Assembly: GCA_048885865.1 (NCBI GenBank)
Contig: JBHLLF010000001.1
Coordinates: 128,001-192,000, forward strand
Direction of reading: 5' to 3'
From: Candidatus Hermodarchaeota archaeon
GTDB taxonomy: Archaea > Asgardarchaeota > Thorarchaeia > Thorarchaeales > Thorarchaeaceae
DNA length: 64,000 nt
The notes under the pieces are model-generated. The model did no database searches, was not told the origin of the DNA, and saw only the letters and a program-made list of their open reading frames with translations. Positions within the stretch are counted from its first letter, which is position 1, and every line of letters begins with the position of its first letter. Below are positions 48,995-58,491 of the stretch, one piece after another. Position numbers and translations under genes: made by a program.

Positions 48995-49603
48995 TTGACC
49001 GATTTTGACAGGCTTTCTCAGCAGATGCGTTTTATTGTGGAGATAGACAAACTCAAACATGTTGTTCGGCAGTCCGCCTTGACTGATGGCACACGGCAAG
49101 AGAACGACTCTGAGCACTCCTGGCACATTGCAGCCATGGCTGTCCTTCTCTCGGAATATTCCAATACTCCGGATCTTGACCTTCTCAAAGTCGTTAAGAT
49201 GCTTCTAATCCATGACCTTGTAGAGATAGATGCTGGTGACACATTTCTCTACGATGTCATGGGCAATTCCACTAAAGCCAGAAGAGAGCAAGCAGCTGCA
49301 GCAAGGATATTTGGATTGCTACCCGACGACCAAGCCAAAGAAATGCTCTTGCTTTGGGAGGAATATGAGGCACGAGAAAGTCCAGAAGCCAAGTTCGCTT
49401 TTGCTATGGATGCAATTCAGCCTCTCATCCTCAGCTTTCACAATAAGGGATGGTCATGGAAGAAGCATGGTATTGTCAAATCTCAGATTGTGGACAAGAA
49501 GAAACCCCTGAAGATTGGTTCAGAGAAACTTTGGGAATATGCCCAAACATTGATTGCAGAAGCTGTGGATGAAGGCTTTCTTATTGATGATGAGGTAGCC
49601 TAG
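48995..49603 (+). CDS. HD-domain hydrolase
   Basis: ENDSEHSWH, IHDLVEIDAGD, EAKF; TTG start after GGAGG. Confidence 0.9.
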   Translation: MTDFDRLSQQMRFIVEIDKLKHVVRQSALTDGTRQENDSEHSWHIAAMAVLLSEYSNTPDLDLLKVVKMLLIHDLVEIDAGDTFLYDVMGNSTKARREQAAAARIFGLLPDDQAKEMLLLWEEYEARESPEAKFAFAMDAIQPLILSFHNKGWSWKKHGIVKSQIVDKKKPLKIGSEKLWEYAQTLIAEAVDEGFLIDDEVA

Positions 49604-50550
49604 ACGGCATACTGTGAGAAGAACGGCTCCAAGTCCACGTTTCCTCCGCTAAGAATGACTCCAATCCGTCTTTCTTTCAGCTGATCGCATATCTGCAAAA
49701 GAGCCGCAAGAGAAACGGCACCTGAGGGTTCTACGACGATTTTCATTCTTTCCCAGAGCAGACGCATTGCTCTCACGATTTCTTGATCACTCACTGTGAC
49801 TATTCTGTCTACATTCTTCCGGATTATTGAGAAGGTCAATTCGGAGAGTGAAGTTAGAAGTCCATCAGCGATGGTGTGTGGATTCACCGAGGGGTGAATC
49901 TTTCCAGCTGTAAATGATCGATACGCGTCATCAGCACCCTTTGGTTCTCCTGCAATGACATGAGCCTCAGGCAGGAGACCTTTGGTAGCAATGGAAGTGC
50001 CGCTCAATAGCCCTCCGCCTCCAACAGGCACGAAAACTATGTCAAGAGATCCTATTTCCTTAATGAGCTCGTATGCAGCTGTCCCTGCTCCAGCAATTAT
50101 GTTGGGGTTGTCATAGGGATGTACGAGAGTATATCCATGTTTCTCAATTAACGCCGCAGCAGTGCTCTGCCGGGATGCCAATGTTGGCTCACATACCACG
50201 ACCTCTGCACCATAACCTTTGGTGGCTTCCATCTTCACTGCAGGAGAACTGCTTGGCATCACCACCGTGCATCTCACGTCTTGTTTTGATGCCGCTAGTG
50301 CTAGAGCTTGAGCGTGATTCCCCGAGGAATGAGTTATCACCCCTCTCTTGCGCTCCTCTTCGCCCAGCAATGAAATCGCATTGAAGGCGCCGCGGAACTT
50401 GAACGCTCCAACGCGCTGGAAGTTCTCACACTTAAAGAAGACCTCGGAGCTGGTGAGTTTATCAATGGTAGTTGAAGTCATGACGGGAGTCTTTACAACA
50501 GAATCTTTGATTCTCCCATATGCAGCTTCAACATCAGAAAAGCCTACCAT
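49600..50550 (-). CDS. Threonine/serine dehydratase (serine racemase-like) PLP enzyme
   Basis: FKCENFQRVGAFKFRGA, SSGNHAQ, PVGGGGL, SGGN. Confidence 0.93.
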   Translation of the reverse strand: MVGFSDVEAAYGRIKDSVVKTPVMTSTTIDKLTSSEVFFKCENFQRVGAFKFRGAFNAISLLGEEERKRGVITHSSGNHAQALALAASKQDVRCTVVMPSSSPAVKMEATKGYGAEVVVCEPTLASRQSTAAALIEKHGYTLVHPYDNPNIIAGAGTAAYELIKEIGSLDIVFVPVGGGGLLSGTSIATKGLLPEAHVIAGEPKGADDAYRSFTAGKIHPSVNPHTIADGLLTSLSELTFSIIRKNVDRIVTVSDQEIVRAMRLLWERMKIVVEPSGAVSLAALLQICDQLKERRIGVILSGGNVDLEPFFSQYAV

Positions 50551-50681
50551 AGCTGGAAGGCTCTGCATCCTGCAGAAAAGGATTGCTTTCATTCATTGAC
50601 GACATTCGAAAAGCTTAATCCTCGCCATTGACGAATGACTCGAATCAGTGAATCAGTATTTTCCAGGAGTATGATTTCTAG

Positions 50682-51422
50682 ATGAGTAACAAGTTCCTGA
50701 GTTCACAAATGGATTACATCCGAGTTCTTGCTGTTATTGTAATCTTGGGACTGGAAGCAATTGCTGCATTTACAGGAATAACAAATCCCTGGTTTCTAGG
50801 TGCCTCAATCGCTCTAGTGATGCTGGCTATTATCAACTATATTGATGTTCAATCTCAAGAGTGGTCACGCTATGCATTGTTTCTCCTAGCAGCAATGATT
50901 TTTGGCTCAATTGGCGATTTCTTGATGGCGGATATCTTCCGTATCACACCAATCCCTGTCTTGAATGGCATAATCTTTTTCGGGATTGGTCATATTTTCT
51001 ATCTCCTGGGCCTTCGAGATAGATCTAGCATGCTCCTCCGATCTCCAGGGAAAAATCAGTCCAGATTGATCACAAAGAATCTTGCAATGTGGCTAGTGGT
51101 TTCTGTTCTCGTGGTTTTATTTTTCGTGACGACAGTCTTCAATCCAGCAATGTTCGAGCTAGGAATTGGAATGCTAGGCTATGGTCTTCTTATTGGAACG
51201 GTTTTGGCGTTTGCTATCACAAAGTGGTTTGATGACTTTCCATTCACATTTACCTTCTGCTTATCAATTGGATTTCTCTTCTTCTTCTTCTCAGATTGGT
51301 TGCTTGGCTATCATATGATGACAGATGCAAGCTTCCTCTCTGGTCCGTATGTCGGATTGACATATATCATCGGGCAGCTACTGATTCACCTATCAACCAT
51401 GTTTGGTTCAAAAGGAACCTGA
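50682..51422 (+). CDS. YhhN/TMEM86 lysoplasmalogenase-like membrane protein
   Basis: GSIGDFL, FFGIGHIFY, FFFFSD, TYIIGQ. Confidence 0.8.
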   Translation: MSNKFLSSQMDYIRVLAVIVILGLEAIAAFTGITNPWFLGASIALVMLAIINYIDVQSQEWSRYALFLLAAMIFGSIGDFLMADIFRITPIPVLNGIIFFGIGHIFYLLGLRDRSSMLLRSPGKNQSRLITKNLAMWLVVSVLVVLFFVTTVFNPAMFELGIGMLGYGLLIGTVLAFAITKWFDDFPFTFTFCLSIGFLFFFFSDWLLGYHMMTDASFLSGPYVGLTYIIGQLLIHLSTMFGSKGT

Positions 51423-51456
51423 AAGATGAAACATTAGCAACCTTGGTCGTGATACG

Positions 51457-51948
51457 ATGCGAGGCATTCGAAGAAAAGAGAAGGAGATTACTGAAACTGC
51501 AGAAATGATTGCTATTCTGAAGCAGGCAAAATACATCACTGTAGCTATGTGTCTTGATGATGAGCCATACCTAGCGACGTTGAGTCACGGCTTTGATGTT
51601 GAGAATAACTGTATCTACTTCCATTGTGCTCAAGAGGGGAAGAAGGTCGACATTCTAAAACAGAACAACCTGGTTTGGGGACAGGCTCTGAAGGACGACG
51701 GATATGCCACGGGCAAATGTGACCATCTGTATGCGACTACTCAGTTCAGGGGGAGAGTCATTTTCATTACCGATGAGAATGAGAAGAGGCATGCTCTGAG
51801 AGTGATGATTGATCAATTAGAGGAAGCACCGGACGAAGTCTATGCAGAGCAGGTGACAGACAAATCAGTCAAGCGAGTGGGCATTGGACGCATTGATATC
51901 GAAGAGATGAGCGGCAAGAGGGCCTCGGAGGTAATTATCCAAACGTAG
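51457..51948 (+). CDS. Pyridoxamine 5'-phosphate oxidase / NimA family flavoprotein
   Basis: RRKEKEI, PY, IYFHCAQEGKK, MSGK. Confidence 0.88.
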   Translation: MRGIRRKEKEITETAEMIAILKQAKYITVAMCLDDEPYLATLSHGFDVENNCIYFHCAQEGKKVDILKQNNLVWGQALKDDGYATGKCDHLYATTQFRGRVIFITDENEKRHALRVMIDQLEEAPDEVYAEQVTDKSVKRVGIGRIDIEEMSGKRASEVIIQT

Positions 51949-52353
51949 CTAAGGATTGTCCGAGAGGGCTTGAAGCACCTCCAATGCTTCCTCGCCATCT
52001 TCAAAGGGCACAAAGAGATGGTCATGGTAGTAGGCTGAAACTACATTCACGCTAATTCCTTCTTTGGCGAGCTCCGTCGATACCTTTGCAATGAATCCAA
52101 TCGCCTCAAGGTCTGAGTGGACTGACAATGTGATCAAAGCCCAAGTCGCTAGATACTCTAACCCACGGGAATCAGCTATGCCTCTCTCAAGAATGAAGCT
52201 GACTCCCTCATCTTCTCTGAACATAAGAAGTGCGTCGTCTTTGAGGTCTTCGATAAGACTCTCTTCCACCGAAACAAACACGTATTCTACATCTGACAAT
52301 GTGGGTTCCATAGACCTTAGAAGAGTGCCTAGATCGTGTTCGCCACGCTTCAT
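51949..52353 (-). CDS. ACT-domain protein (DUF2241-like)
   Basis: FREDEG, VHSDLEAIGF, SAYYHDHLFV. Confidence 0.88.
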   Translation of the reverse strand: MKRGEHDLGTLLRSMEPTLSDVEYVFVSVEESLIEDLKDDALLMFREDEGVSFILERGIADSRGLEYLATWALITLSVHSDLEAIGFIAKVSTELAKEGISVNVVSAYYHDHLFVPFEDGEEALEVLQALSDNP

Positions 52354-52373
52354 CCAATCCCCCTCGCAATGAC

Positions 52374-52889
52374 TTAGCTTCTCTTTCCGCCAAAGGTCTC
52401 CCAGGAAACAATTTCATCTAGCGAGCGTCGATTGCTTGTTCTTTCTTGGTCACCATAACCTACTGAAACTGAGCAAACAACTCTAAGACCATCAGGCACG
52501 TTCAAGAGTTTCCGGAATACAGGCTCGATGTCTGTGTCGCGTACCCCCATCCAGCATGTGCTCAATCCCTGCCCGTAAGCGGCTAATAGCATGTTTTGAA
52601 CAGCATTGTGAGGATCAGCCAAATTATATCTCTGGTGTCGGGCTGGCTCACCAAGGACCACAATGACGACAGGTGATTCCTTCATGAATCGTCCATATGT
52701 GTGAGCATCAGCGAGTTTTTCACGAGTTGCCTTGTCACGGACTACTATGAAATGCCAGGGCTGCCTGTTTGAGGCAGAGGGTGCCCATTGTCCAGCCTCC
52801 AGAATCACATTCACCTTGTCATCCTCGACCTCAGTGTCTTTGTACTTCCTGATGCTTCTCCTGTTTCTAATTGCTTCCAGAACATCCAT
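52374..52889 (-). CDS. Nitroreductase family protein
   Basis: RRSIRKY, APSASNRQPW, GLSTCW. Confidence 0.92.
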   Translation of the reverse strand: MDVLEAIRNRRSIRKYKDTEVEDDKVNVILEAGQWAPSASNRQPWHFIVVRDKATREKLADAHTYGRFMKESPVVIVVLGEPARHQRYNLADPHNAVQNMLLAAYGQGLSTCWMGVRDTDIEPVFRKLLNVPDGLRVVCSVSVGYGDQERTSNRRSLDEIVSWETFGGKRS

Positions 52890-53022
52890 GTTTAGTCTTG
52901 ATGCGAATGATGCATGACCAATATAAGCCATCGCACATGGCAATCGAATGATAATGTCTTGATGGCAAACCTAAAAGGAGCTGCGTGTTGGCCCAGAATC
53001 ATCCGGGACGGCGAATTCTACC

Positions 53023-54462
53023 ATGCGAATAAAGACCCACCAAAAATTGTTGACAAGCGTTGGCGTCGATATTGGCACTTCTACATCACATGTCGTCTTT
53101 AGTAGCATCCTTCTTGAAAGAGACCTAAAGAGCCGTACTGAGAAGTTTGAAATCAAAGAGAAGAAAGTGCTTCACAAGGGGCCCATTCATTTCACGCCCT
53201 TCTCTGACCCAGACACAATCGATTTTGAGGCACTCAGGAATCTCATTCTTGCAGACTACGCTGATGCTGGTTTCGAGCTTACTCAAATCGATACAGGTGC
53301 TGTGATTATCACAGGAGAAACCGCTCGCAAAGAGAACGCTGAGGAAATCGTGGAAGCTCTCGCAGGTGAAACTGGCAAATTCGTGGCAGCAACAGCAGGC
53401 CCCAATTTTGAGAGTGTCTTGGCGGCTCACGGTGCTGGAGCTGTGATGAAGTCGGCAGAAACGGGTCTGACTATTCTGTCATGCGATATCGGGGGTGGCT
53501 CATCTAACATTGCAGTCTGCAGAGATGGGAAGGTAGTCGCGACCGCAGCGATTAATGTCGGTGGTCGTTTGGTAGCTACAGATAACGCAGGTACTATCAT
53601 CCGACTCGAAGAAACCGGAAAGCGAATTGGCGAAAAGGTCGGCCTTACTCTGAGGCTTGGCCAGTATCTTGACGAACCATCAAAGCGATTGCTAGCACAA
53701 GCACTCGCAGATGCCCTAATTGAAGCATTGGAAGGGAAGCAGGAGTCAGAGATCACAAAGTCGCTCATGATGACGACACCTCTTGACTTCAAGGACAAAG
53801 TGGATGAAGTCATGTTTTCAGGCGGCGTTGCGGAGTTTATCTATGGGCTAGAAATCAATGAGTATAATGATTTAGGACGATTGCTGGCTCAATCAATTAT
53901 GAAATTGGTCGATAAATACGAGATTCCCATGGCGGAGCCAGAACACCGCATCCGCGCAACTGTAATTGGAGCAGGCCAATCAAGTCTTCAAGTGAGCGGG
54001 TCAACAACCTTTCTTTCCTCAGGGCTAGAATATCCTCTGAGGAATCTGCCCGTCATCACTCCCCATGTACCGAAAGGAAAGACATCAATGGAGAAAGTGC
54101 GAGATGCAATCCAGAATGCTCTCAAGAGATTTGATATCAAGGAAGGCATTGACCCTCTTATTCTTGCTTTTGAGGATGCAGTTCGTCCATCCTATGAGAG
54201 CCTCACCGAATTTGCCAAGGGTATTGTAGCTGGTTTGCCTAGAACCACTGCTAATGGTTCGCCTATTTTGATGTGCTTTGACACAGATATAGGCAATAGT
54301 GTCGGAAATGTGATTAAGCGCGAGACTGGGGTGACCAATGAGATTCTTTCCATTGATGAGATATCTCTGCATGAAGGTGATTTCGTCGACATTGGCGAGC
54401 CTATAATCGAAAACGTCGTGGTTCCAGTAGTCGTGAAGACACTGGTCTTCGAGGAACGATAG
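53023..54462 (+). CDS. eutA: Ethanolamine ammonia-lyase reactivating factor
   Basis: SVGVDIGTST, GAVIITGETARKENA, DIGGG, IRATVIGAG, PVVVKTLVF. Confidence 0.92.
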   Translation: MRIKTHQKLLTSVGVDIGTSTSHVVFSSILLERDLKSRTEKFEIKEKKVLHKGPIHFTPFSDPDTIDFEALRNLILADYADAGFELTQIDTGAVIITGETARKENAEEIVEALAGETGKFVAATAGPNFESVLAAHGAGAVMKSAETGLTILSCDIGGGSSNIAVCRDGKVVATAAINVGGRLVATDNAGTIIRLEETGKRIGEKVGLTLRLGQYLDEPSKRLLAQALADALIEALEGKQESEITKSLMMTTPLDFKDKVDEVMFSGGVAEFIYGLEINEYNDLGRLLAQSIMKLVDKYEIPMAEPEHRIRATVIGAGQSSLQVSGSTTFLSSGLEYPLRNLPVITPHVPKGKTSMEKVRDAIQNALKRFDIKEGIDPLILAFEDAVRPSYESLTEFAKGIVAGLPRTTANGSPILMCFDTDIGNSVGNVIKRETGVTNEILSIDEISLHEGDFVDIGEPIIENVVVPVVVKTLVFEER

Positions 54463-54470
54463 GAGGGCAA

Positions 54471-55760
54471 TTATCCTTCATCTGTCACCCACAAGTCGTC
54501 AGATTTGGCCCAATCTGCCTTATGAGGATCTGATTCTGAGCTCGTACTAATCTCCGATGATGATTCCATTTTCGGAGATTTTAAGCTCGATTTAGTATCA
54601 GGTGCAGATTTAATGTTCGGTGACCGCAGGCTCCTTAGTTTCGAGAGTATCAGATAAGTAAAAGGAACTCTTACAGTGACGTGAGCTTCGGAATGAATAG
54701 CCTGCTTTCCTGATGGCGGGTTGCCCATTACCACAATCTCTGGGTCCTTCTCAAACCACATCTGGACTGCCCTATCTTCCCAAATGGTCTGCCTGGGAGG
54801 AACCTGCTTTTGGAGAAAGACAACTAGAAAACCTAACACAATCAACACGGGGATTGGGAAAGCTGTCATAAATGGCGATATAATCATGAAGAAGGCAGCT
54901 GGCGCTATAATCGATAGTGCAGCATAGGCAAGAACCCTCGTCTTTTCAGTGTGAGTCTGTATATATTGAAGAACTGAATATGCAAATACAAGCGAGAAAA
55001 TATTCATCAAATATGTCAAAATCACGCCAAATGCGGGCATTATGTAGAATGAAAAGTAACCATATCCAAAGCCTGACGAATAGTATCCTATCCAGATTGC
55101 TGTTATCATACCAAAATTCAATCCCGTCTCGTAGGGACTGAAGTAAGAGTAGAAATATGCAATGCTTGGGAAGCAGAGTGCTATTATCCCTAAGATATAA
55201 CTTAGAATCCCGAATCTGCCTGGGCGAATGCCCCCTTCATGAATCAAGGACTCGGGTGTCTGAGAGAAGTACGCTGCTTTTCTGTCAGAATCAATATACG
55301 AACCCTGCCGACCCAACACTGGAAGGACCACAAACACTGCTATCACCCATGGAACAATCGATTGAATCATGGAACCTACATAGTATGGCATTGGTACATA
55401 CGGGCCTCCATAGGGCACAAGAATCGATAGAGGATATACTATGAGTGATATGAAAACCGCCGCAGCTAATGCCATCTTCTTGATTGCCTTTTCCCTAGGT
55501 TGCTGAGTCAGCCATCTAGTGAAATAGATTCCAGGAAAGCACACGGCAAATGCCAGCCCAATTGTAAGGAAATCGAAGGAAATTGGAGAAAAGAATGGAG
55601 GCTGCATGTAGTAGTCATAGTATGGGTACATTCCAAATGAGAAGATTAGGGATACGTATTGAAAAGATATGGGAACACCAAAATCAATGTTTAGAGCAAG
55701 AGGTACAATTAGAATGGCAATCATCCTGATGATAGTCTTGGCCAGGAAACTTCGATTCAA
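54471..55760 (-). CDS. Hypothetical multi-pass membrane protein
   Basis: Many hydrophobic segments in two similar halves; Ser-rich tail. Confidence 0.7.
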   Translation of the reverse strand: MNRSFLAKTIIRMIAILIVPLALNIDFGVPISFQYVSLIFSFGMYPYYDYYMQPPFFSPISFDFLTIGLAFAVCFPGIYFTRWLTQQPREKAIKKMALAAAVFISLIVYPLSILVPYGGPYVPMPYYVGSMIQSIVPWVIAVFVVLPVLGRQGSYIDSDRKAAYFSQTPESLIHEGGIRPGRFGILSYILGIIALCFPSIAYFYSYFSPYETGLNFGMITAIWIGYYSSGFGYGYFSFYIMPAFGVILTYLMNIFSLVFAYSVLQYIQTHTEKTRVLAYAALSIIAPAAFFMIISPFMTAFPIPVLIVLGFLVVFLQKQVPPRQTIWEDRAVQMWFEKDPEIVVMGNPPSGKQAIHSEAHVTVRVPFTYLILSKLRSLRSPNIKSAPDTKSSLKSPKMESSSEISTSSESDPHKADWAKSDDLWVTDEG

Positions 55761-55899
55761 GTCTAACCCTCAGTTCCTCTTGACATGTGAACTTGCGCAT
55801 CTTTCTCTAATAAGACTATCAATTGAATGAGGTCTGTACCCCTGAGTCCTTTGGGAGAATTGAAATAGGTGAATATTCCGACACGAGAAATGAATTCAG

Positions 55900-56826
55900 A
55901 TGATGCAGGAAACTCCTCCCGATTTCTTAATCGATCCGATTGGCTATCTACAATTCTACTGGAATCAAATTTCACCCTATGTCTTCCTCGTAGCCACACT
56001 CATCGTTATCGGGTTGATCTACATTATTGTGACAAGACTGGCAAAGAGATCATTGCTAGCTCTTGGAATGGGAAGGGAGGCTACAATTGGACTTGTTCTC
56101 ATTCTCAGGCTTATCTTCTTCATGTTTGCAGTCTTAATGCTAGTTAGCTTCTTTGAAGCGAGCTATACAGCAATACTCTCAATATCAGCGATTTTTGGTA
56201 CTGCACTCGGTCTCGCTTTCTCAACTGCCCTTAGCAATATTGTGAGCGGTCTCTATGTGTTAACTGCTAGACCTTTCAGAGTAGGAGACTACGTGCGGAT
56301 TGGTTCAGTCGAAGGAATAGTCCGGGAAATTACTCTCAACTACACTCGCGTTCTATTGACTGATGAAAACATTCAGCTTGTGCCGAACAATAAAGTTGTC
56401 AGTAGTGAGGTCACAAATTTCAGGATAGACCTGTCGAAATACATTGAGAAGAAACAGGAAGAGGCCCTTCAAGAAGCAGAAGCAAATACTAGGCATTCAT
56501 ACCGAGAAACACTTGATGAAGCATGGAAACAGCTCAAAATGCTTACATCAGAAGAATTCGCGTATAGATATACCTTCGACATTAATGTCCATATGAATCA
56601 AGATCACATGGCGATACTGAAGACTTTTGAAAAAGTCTGTGATAAGTGGTCGAATGTATTCCTAACACGCCCCAATTATATCGTGTGGGCCAAGCCAGTT
56701 GCTGCCATCACTTACAGATTCTCATTCATAGTAAGTGATCCTATGGTGATCATCAAAAGAGGCTCTGACTTTATGCAGGAACTCCTGACCAACTATTATG
56801 AATCTGCTGAATCGATTCAAGAGTGA
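55900..56826 (+). CDS. Small-conductance mechanosensitive channel (MscS family)
   Basis: GLAF..LSNIVSG, RPFRVGDYV, VPNN. Confidence 0.9.
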   Translation: MMQETPPDFLIDPIGYLQFYWNQISPYVFLVATLIVIGLIYIIVTRLAKRSLLALGMGREATIGLVLILRLIFFMFAVLMLVSFFEASYTAILSISAIFGTALGLAFSTALSNIVSGLYVLTARPFRVGDYVRIGSVEGIVREITLNYTRVLLTDENIQLVPNNKVVSSEVTNFRIDLSKYIEKKQEEALQEAEANTRHSYRETLDEAWKQLKMLTSEEFAYRYTFDINVHMNQDHMAILKTFEKVCDKWSNVFLTRPNYIVWAKPVAAITYRFSFIVSDPMVIIKRGSDFMQELLTNYYESAESIQE

Positions 56827-56902
56827 GAGCAGAGAGAATGAGAAAGAAGAGATTAGAGGCATAGGCGTTGACTTCGTCTATGCCTCCAAATTATAGCAAG
56901 CT

Positions 56903-57400
56903 CTAATATCTGCGATCACGGTCGCGATCTCGATATCCGCCGCCGCCACGTCTATCTCTGTAGCCGCCACCACCGCGACGGTCTCTGTAATCTCCGCCGC
57001 CGCCACGTCCGCCATATCTTCTTGGTGGACGTTCATGCTCTTCGGCTGAGACGTCGTTTTCCTCGTTGACTTCTTCAATTGGCTCCTCAGCTTCATTGAT
57101 AATACCATATCTTCCAATATTGAGCCGAAGATTCCTTTGAAATAGTCCAGTATATCCGTTTTCAAGCTTGTAGGTCTTGCCAACCTCTAGTGCGTCAATG
57201 GAGTCATCCCACAGAGGCATTACAACTGTGCCACTGGCATCTCCAATGACAATATCTGCAACACGATGGGTTTCGCCATCATGCCTTGAGGTCACCTCGC
57301 GAGCCTCGCCCTTTGATAGGACCTTGAACGAGATTGTTAGGTTCTTCATACGGGGTTTAAGGTCTGAGATGATAGCAAGAACAGGTTCCGGTTCGCTCAT
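56903..57400 (-). CDS. Single OB-fold ssDNA-binding protein (crenarchaeal SSB/hSSB1 type) with RGG/RD tail
   Basis: ISDLKP, VADIVIGDASG, LWD, NGY..F, LNIGRYG; tail of GGGGYRDRR repeats. Confidence 0.88.
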   Translation of the reverse strand: MSEPEPVLAIISDLKPRMKNLTISFKVLSKGEAREVTSRHDGETHRVADIVIGDASGTVVMPLWDDSIDALEVGKTYKLENGYTGLFQRNLRLNIGRYGIINEAEEPIEEVNEENDVSAEEHERPPRRYGGRGGGGDYRDRRGGGGYRDRRGGGGYRDRDRDRRY

Positions 57401-57576
57401 GTTAATTCACTCTGGTTTCGGATTAACAGGTTTACAAAACGAGTAGGGGTCATCCGGGAATCGGCCCGGGAATCGGGATCGTATTCGTTGGTGACGACAG
57501 GCTCGTCTTACCTGCACTCCTAGACCACTCTGTTTTGCTAATAAAGCTGTGTGAGGGGTTGAATTGCCGTCTTACC

Positions 57577-58041
57577 CTAGCCTAGCTTCTGAGGAGGATT
57601 CAACCTACTCACGTAGTACATGCCAGCGACAAGGACCAGAGGTCCAAGGAAGATAATTGCGGAGCCAATACTCCAAAGCAAGCTGAACTCAACATTTAGA
57701 TTGACCAGAATATTCCCCGCGATGAACATGATGATCCCGGATAGCATGATGATGAGTCCAGGTCTGGTGTCCCTCCTTTCAATCACAGGCTCAGGAGCAG
57801 ACGCGATGGTTGGTGCATCGGATGTCTTGGCATCAGATCTGTAGAAGCGGCTTCCATCTGATGTCAGTCTTCCAGATAGCTTGCCTTCCTCTACCAGCTC
57901 CATAAGCATCTTCTGAGTTTCTTCAGGTGATAAGCCAATCCGCGAGCTCAACATGTCGATTGAACTGACATTGTTCTCCACAAGGTCAACTAGATTGACT
58001 ACACTCTCCGAACGAATGTTTCTCGTTTCGCTACCTATCAT
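57577..58041 (-). CDS. Winged-helix (PCI/DDRGK-like) protein with two C-terminal TMs
   Basis: LSSRIGLSPEETQKMLMELVEEGKLSGRL..DG.RF; two hydrophobic helices. Confidence 0.65.
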   Translation of the reverse strand: MIGSETRNIRSESVVNLVDLVENNVSSIDMLSSRIGLSPEETQKMLMELVEEGKLSGRLTSDGSRFYRSDAKTSDAPTIASAPEPVIERRDTRPGLIIMLSGIIMFIAGNILVNLNVEFSLLWSIGSAIIFLGPLVLVAGMYYVSRLNPPQKLG

Positions 58042-58195
58042 TGTCTATCACTGTTGAAAACATACCGAGTCAGAATATAACACATAGCCACTATCTAGGC
58101 TCACAATTAAGGTTCACATATTGTGGACTCAAGTAGTGACTTCTCGTTTTCGTTCAACGCAATTCTGCAGGCGCGTCAATTCTTCATTCACAATA

Positions 58196-58225
58196 TTTAT
58201 ATAATGTAATACGTAATACTATTAC
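58196..58225 (+). promoter_or_regulatory. TATA box plus palindromic operator, copy 1
   Basis: TTTATATA followed by perfect GTAATA-C-TATTAC (58213-58225). Confidence 0.7.
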
Positions 58226-58278
58226 ATGAAAGACTGAAATCCGCTGGTATTCGGCGGTACAGTCGCGAGGTGAGATGG

Positions 58279-58422
58279 ATGACTAACAAGAAGAATCGCA
58301 AATGGTGGAATCGGATTGCCAGGCGTATTGCCAAGCGCTACAAGAATGAATCGATCTATCGCGATTACACGGGAAGGTCTAACTGGCCTAGTGTGGCGTT
58401 TTGGTCAAGTCTGTACAAGTGA
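58279..58422 (+). CDS. Small basic peptide A (47 aa, MTNKKNRKWWNRIARRIAKRYKNESIYRDY...)
   Basis: GAGGTGA SD upstream; homologous to peptide B; below ORF-track cutoff. Confidence 0.7.
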   Translation: MTNKKNRKWWNRIARRIAKRYKNESIYRDYTGRSNWPSVAFWSSLYK

Positions 58423-58461
58423 TATGACGTTGAATGACAGTCATAATACAATTCCACAATA

Positions 58462-58491
58462 CTTATATAGAATAACATGTAATACTATTAC
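58462..58491 (+). promoter_or_regulatory. TATA box plus palindromic operator, copy 2
   Basis: CTTATATA followed by identical GTAATA-C-TATTAC (58479-58491). Confidence 0.7.

Noticed and set aside
48761-49126. Apparent long head-to-head overlap of dinB and the HD gene
   Set aside because: Both true starts are internal (48829 and 48995), leaving a normal divergent gap
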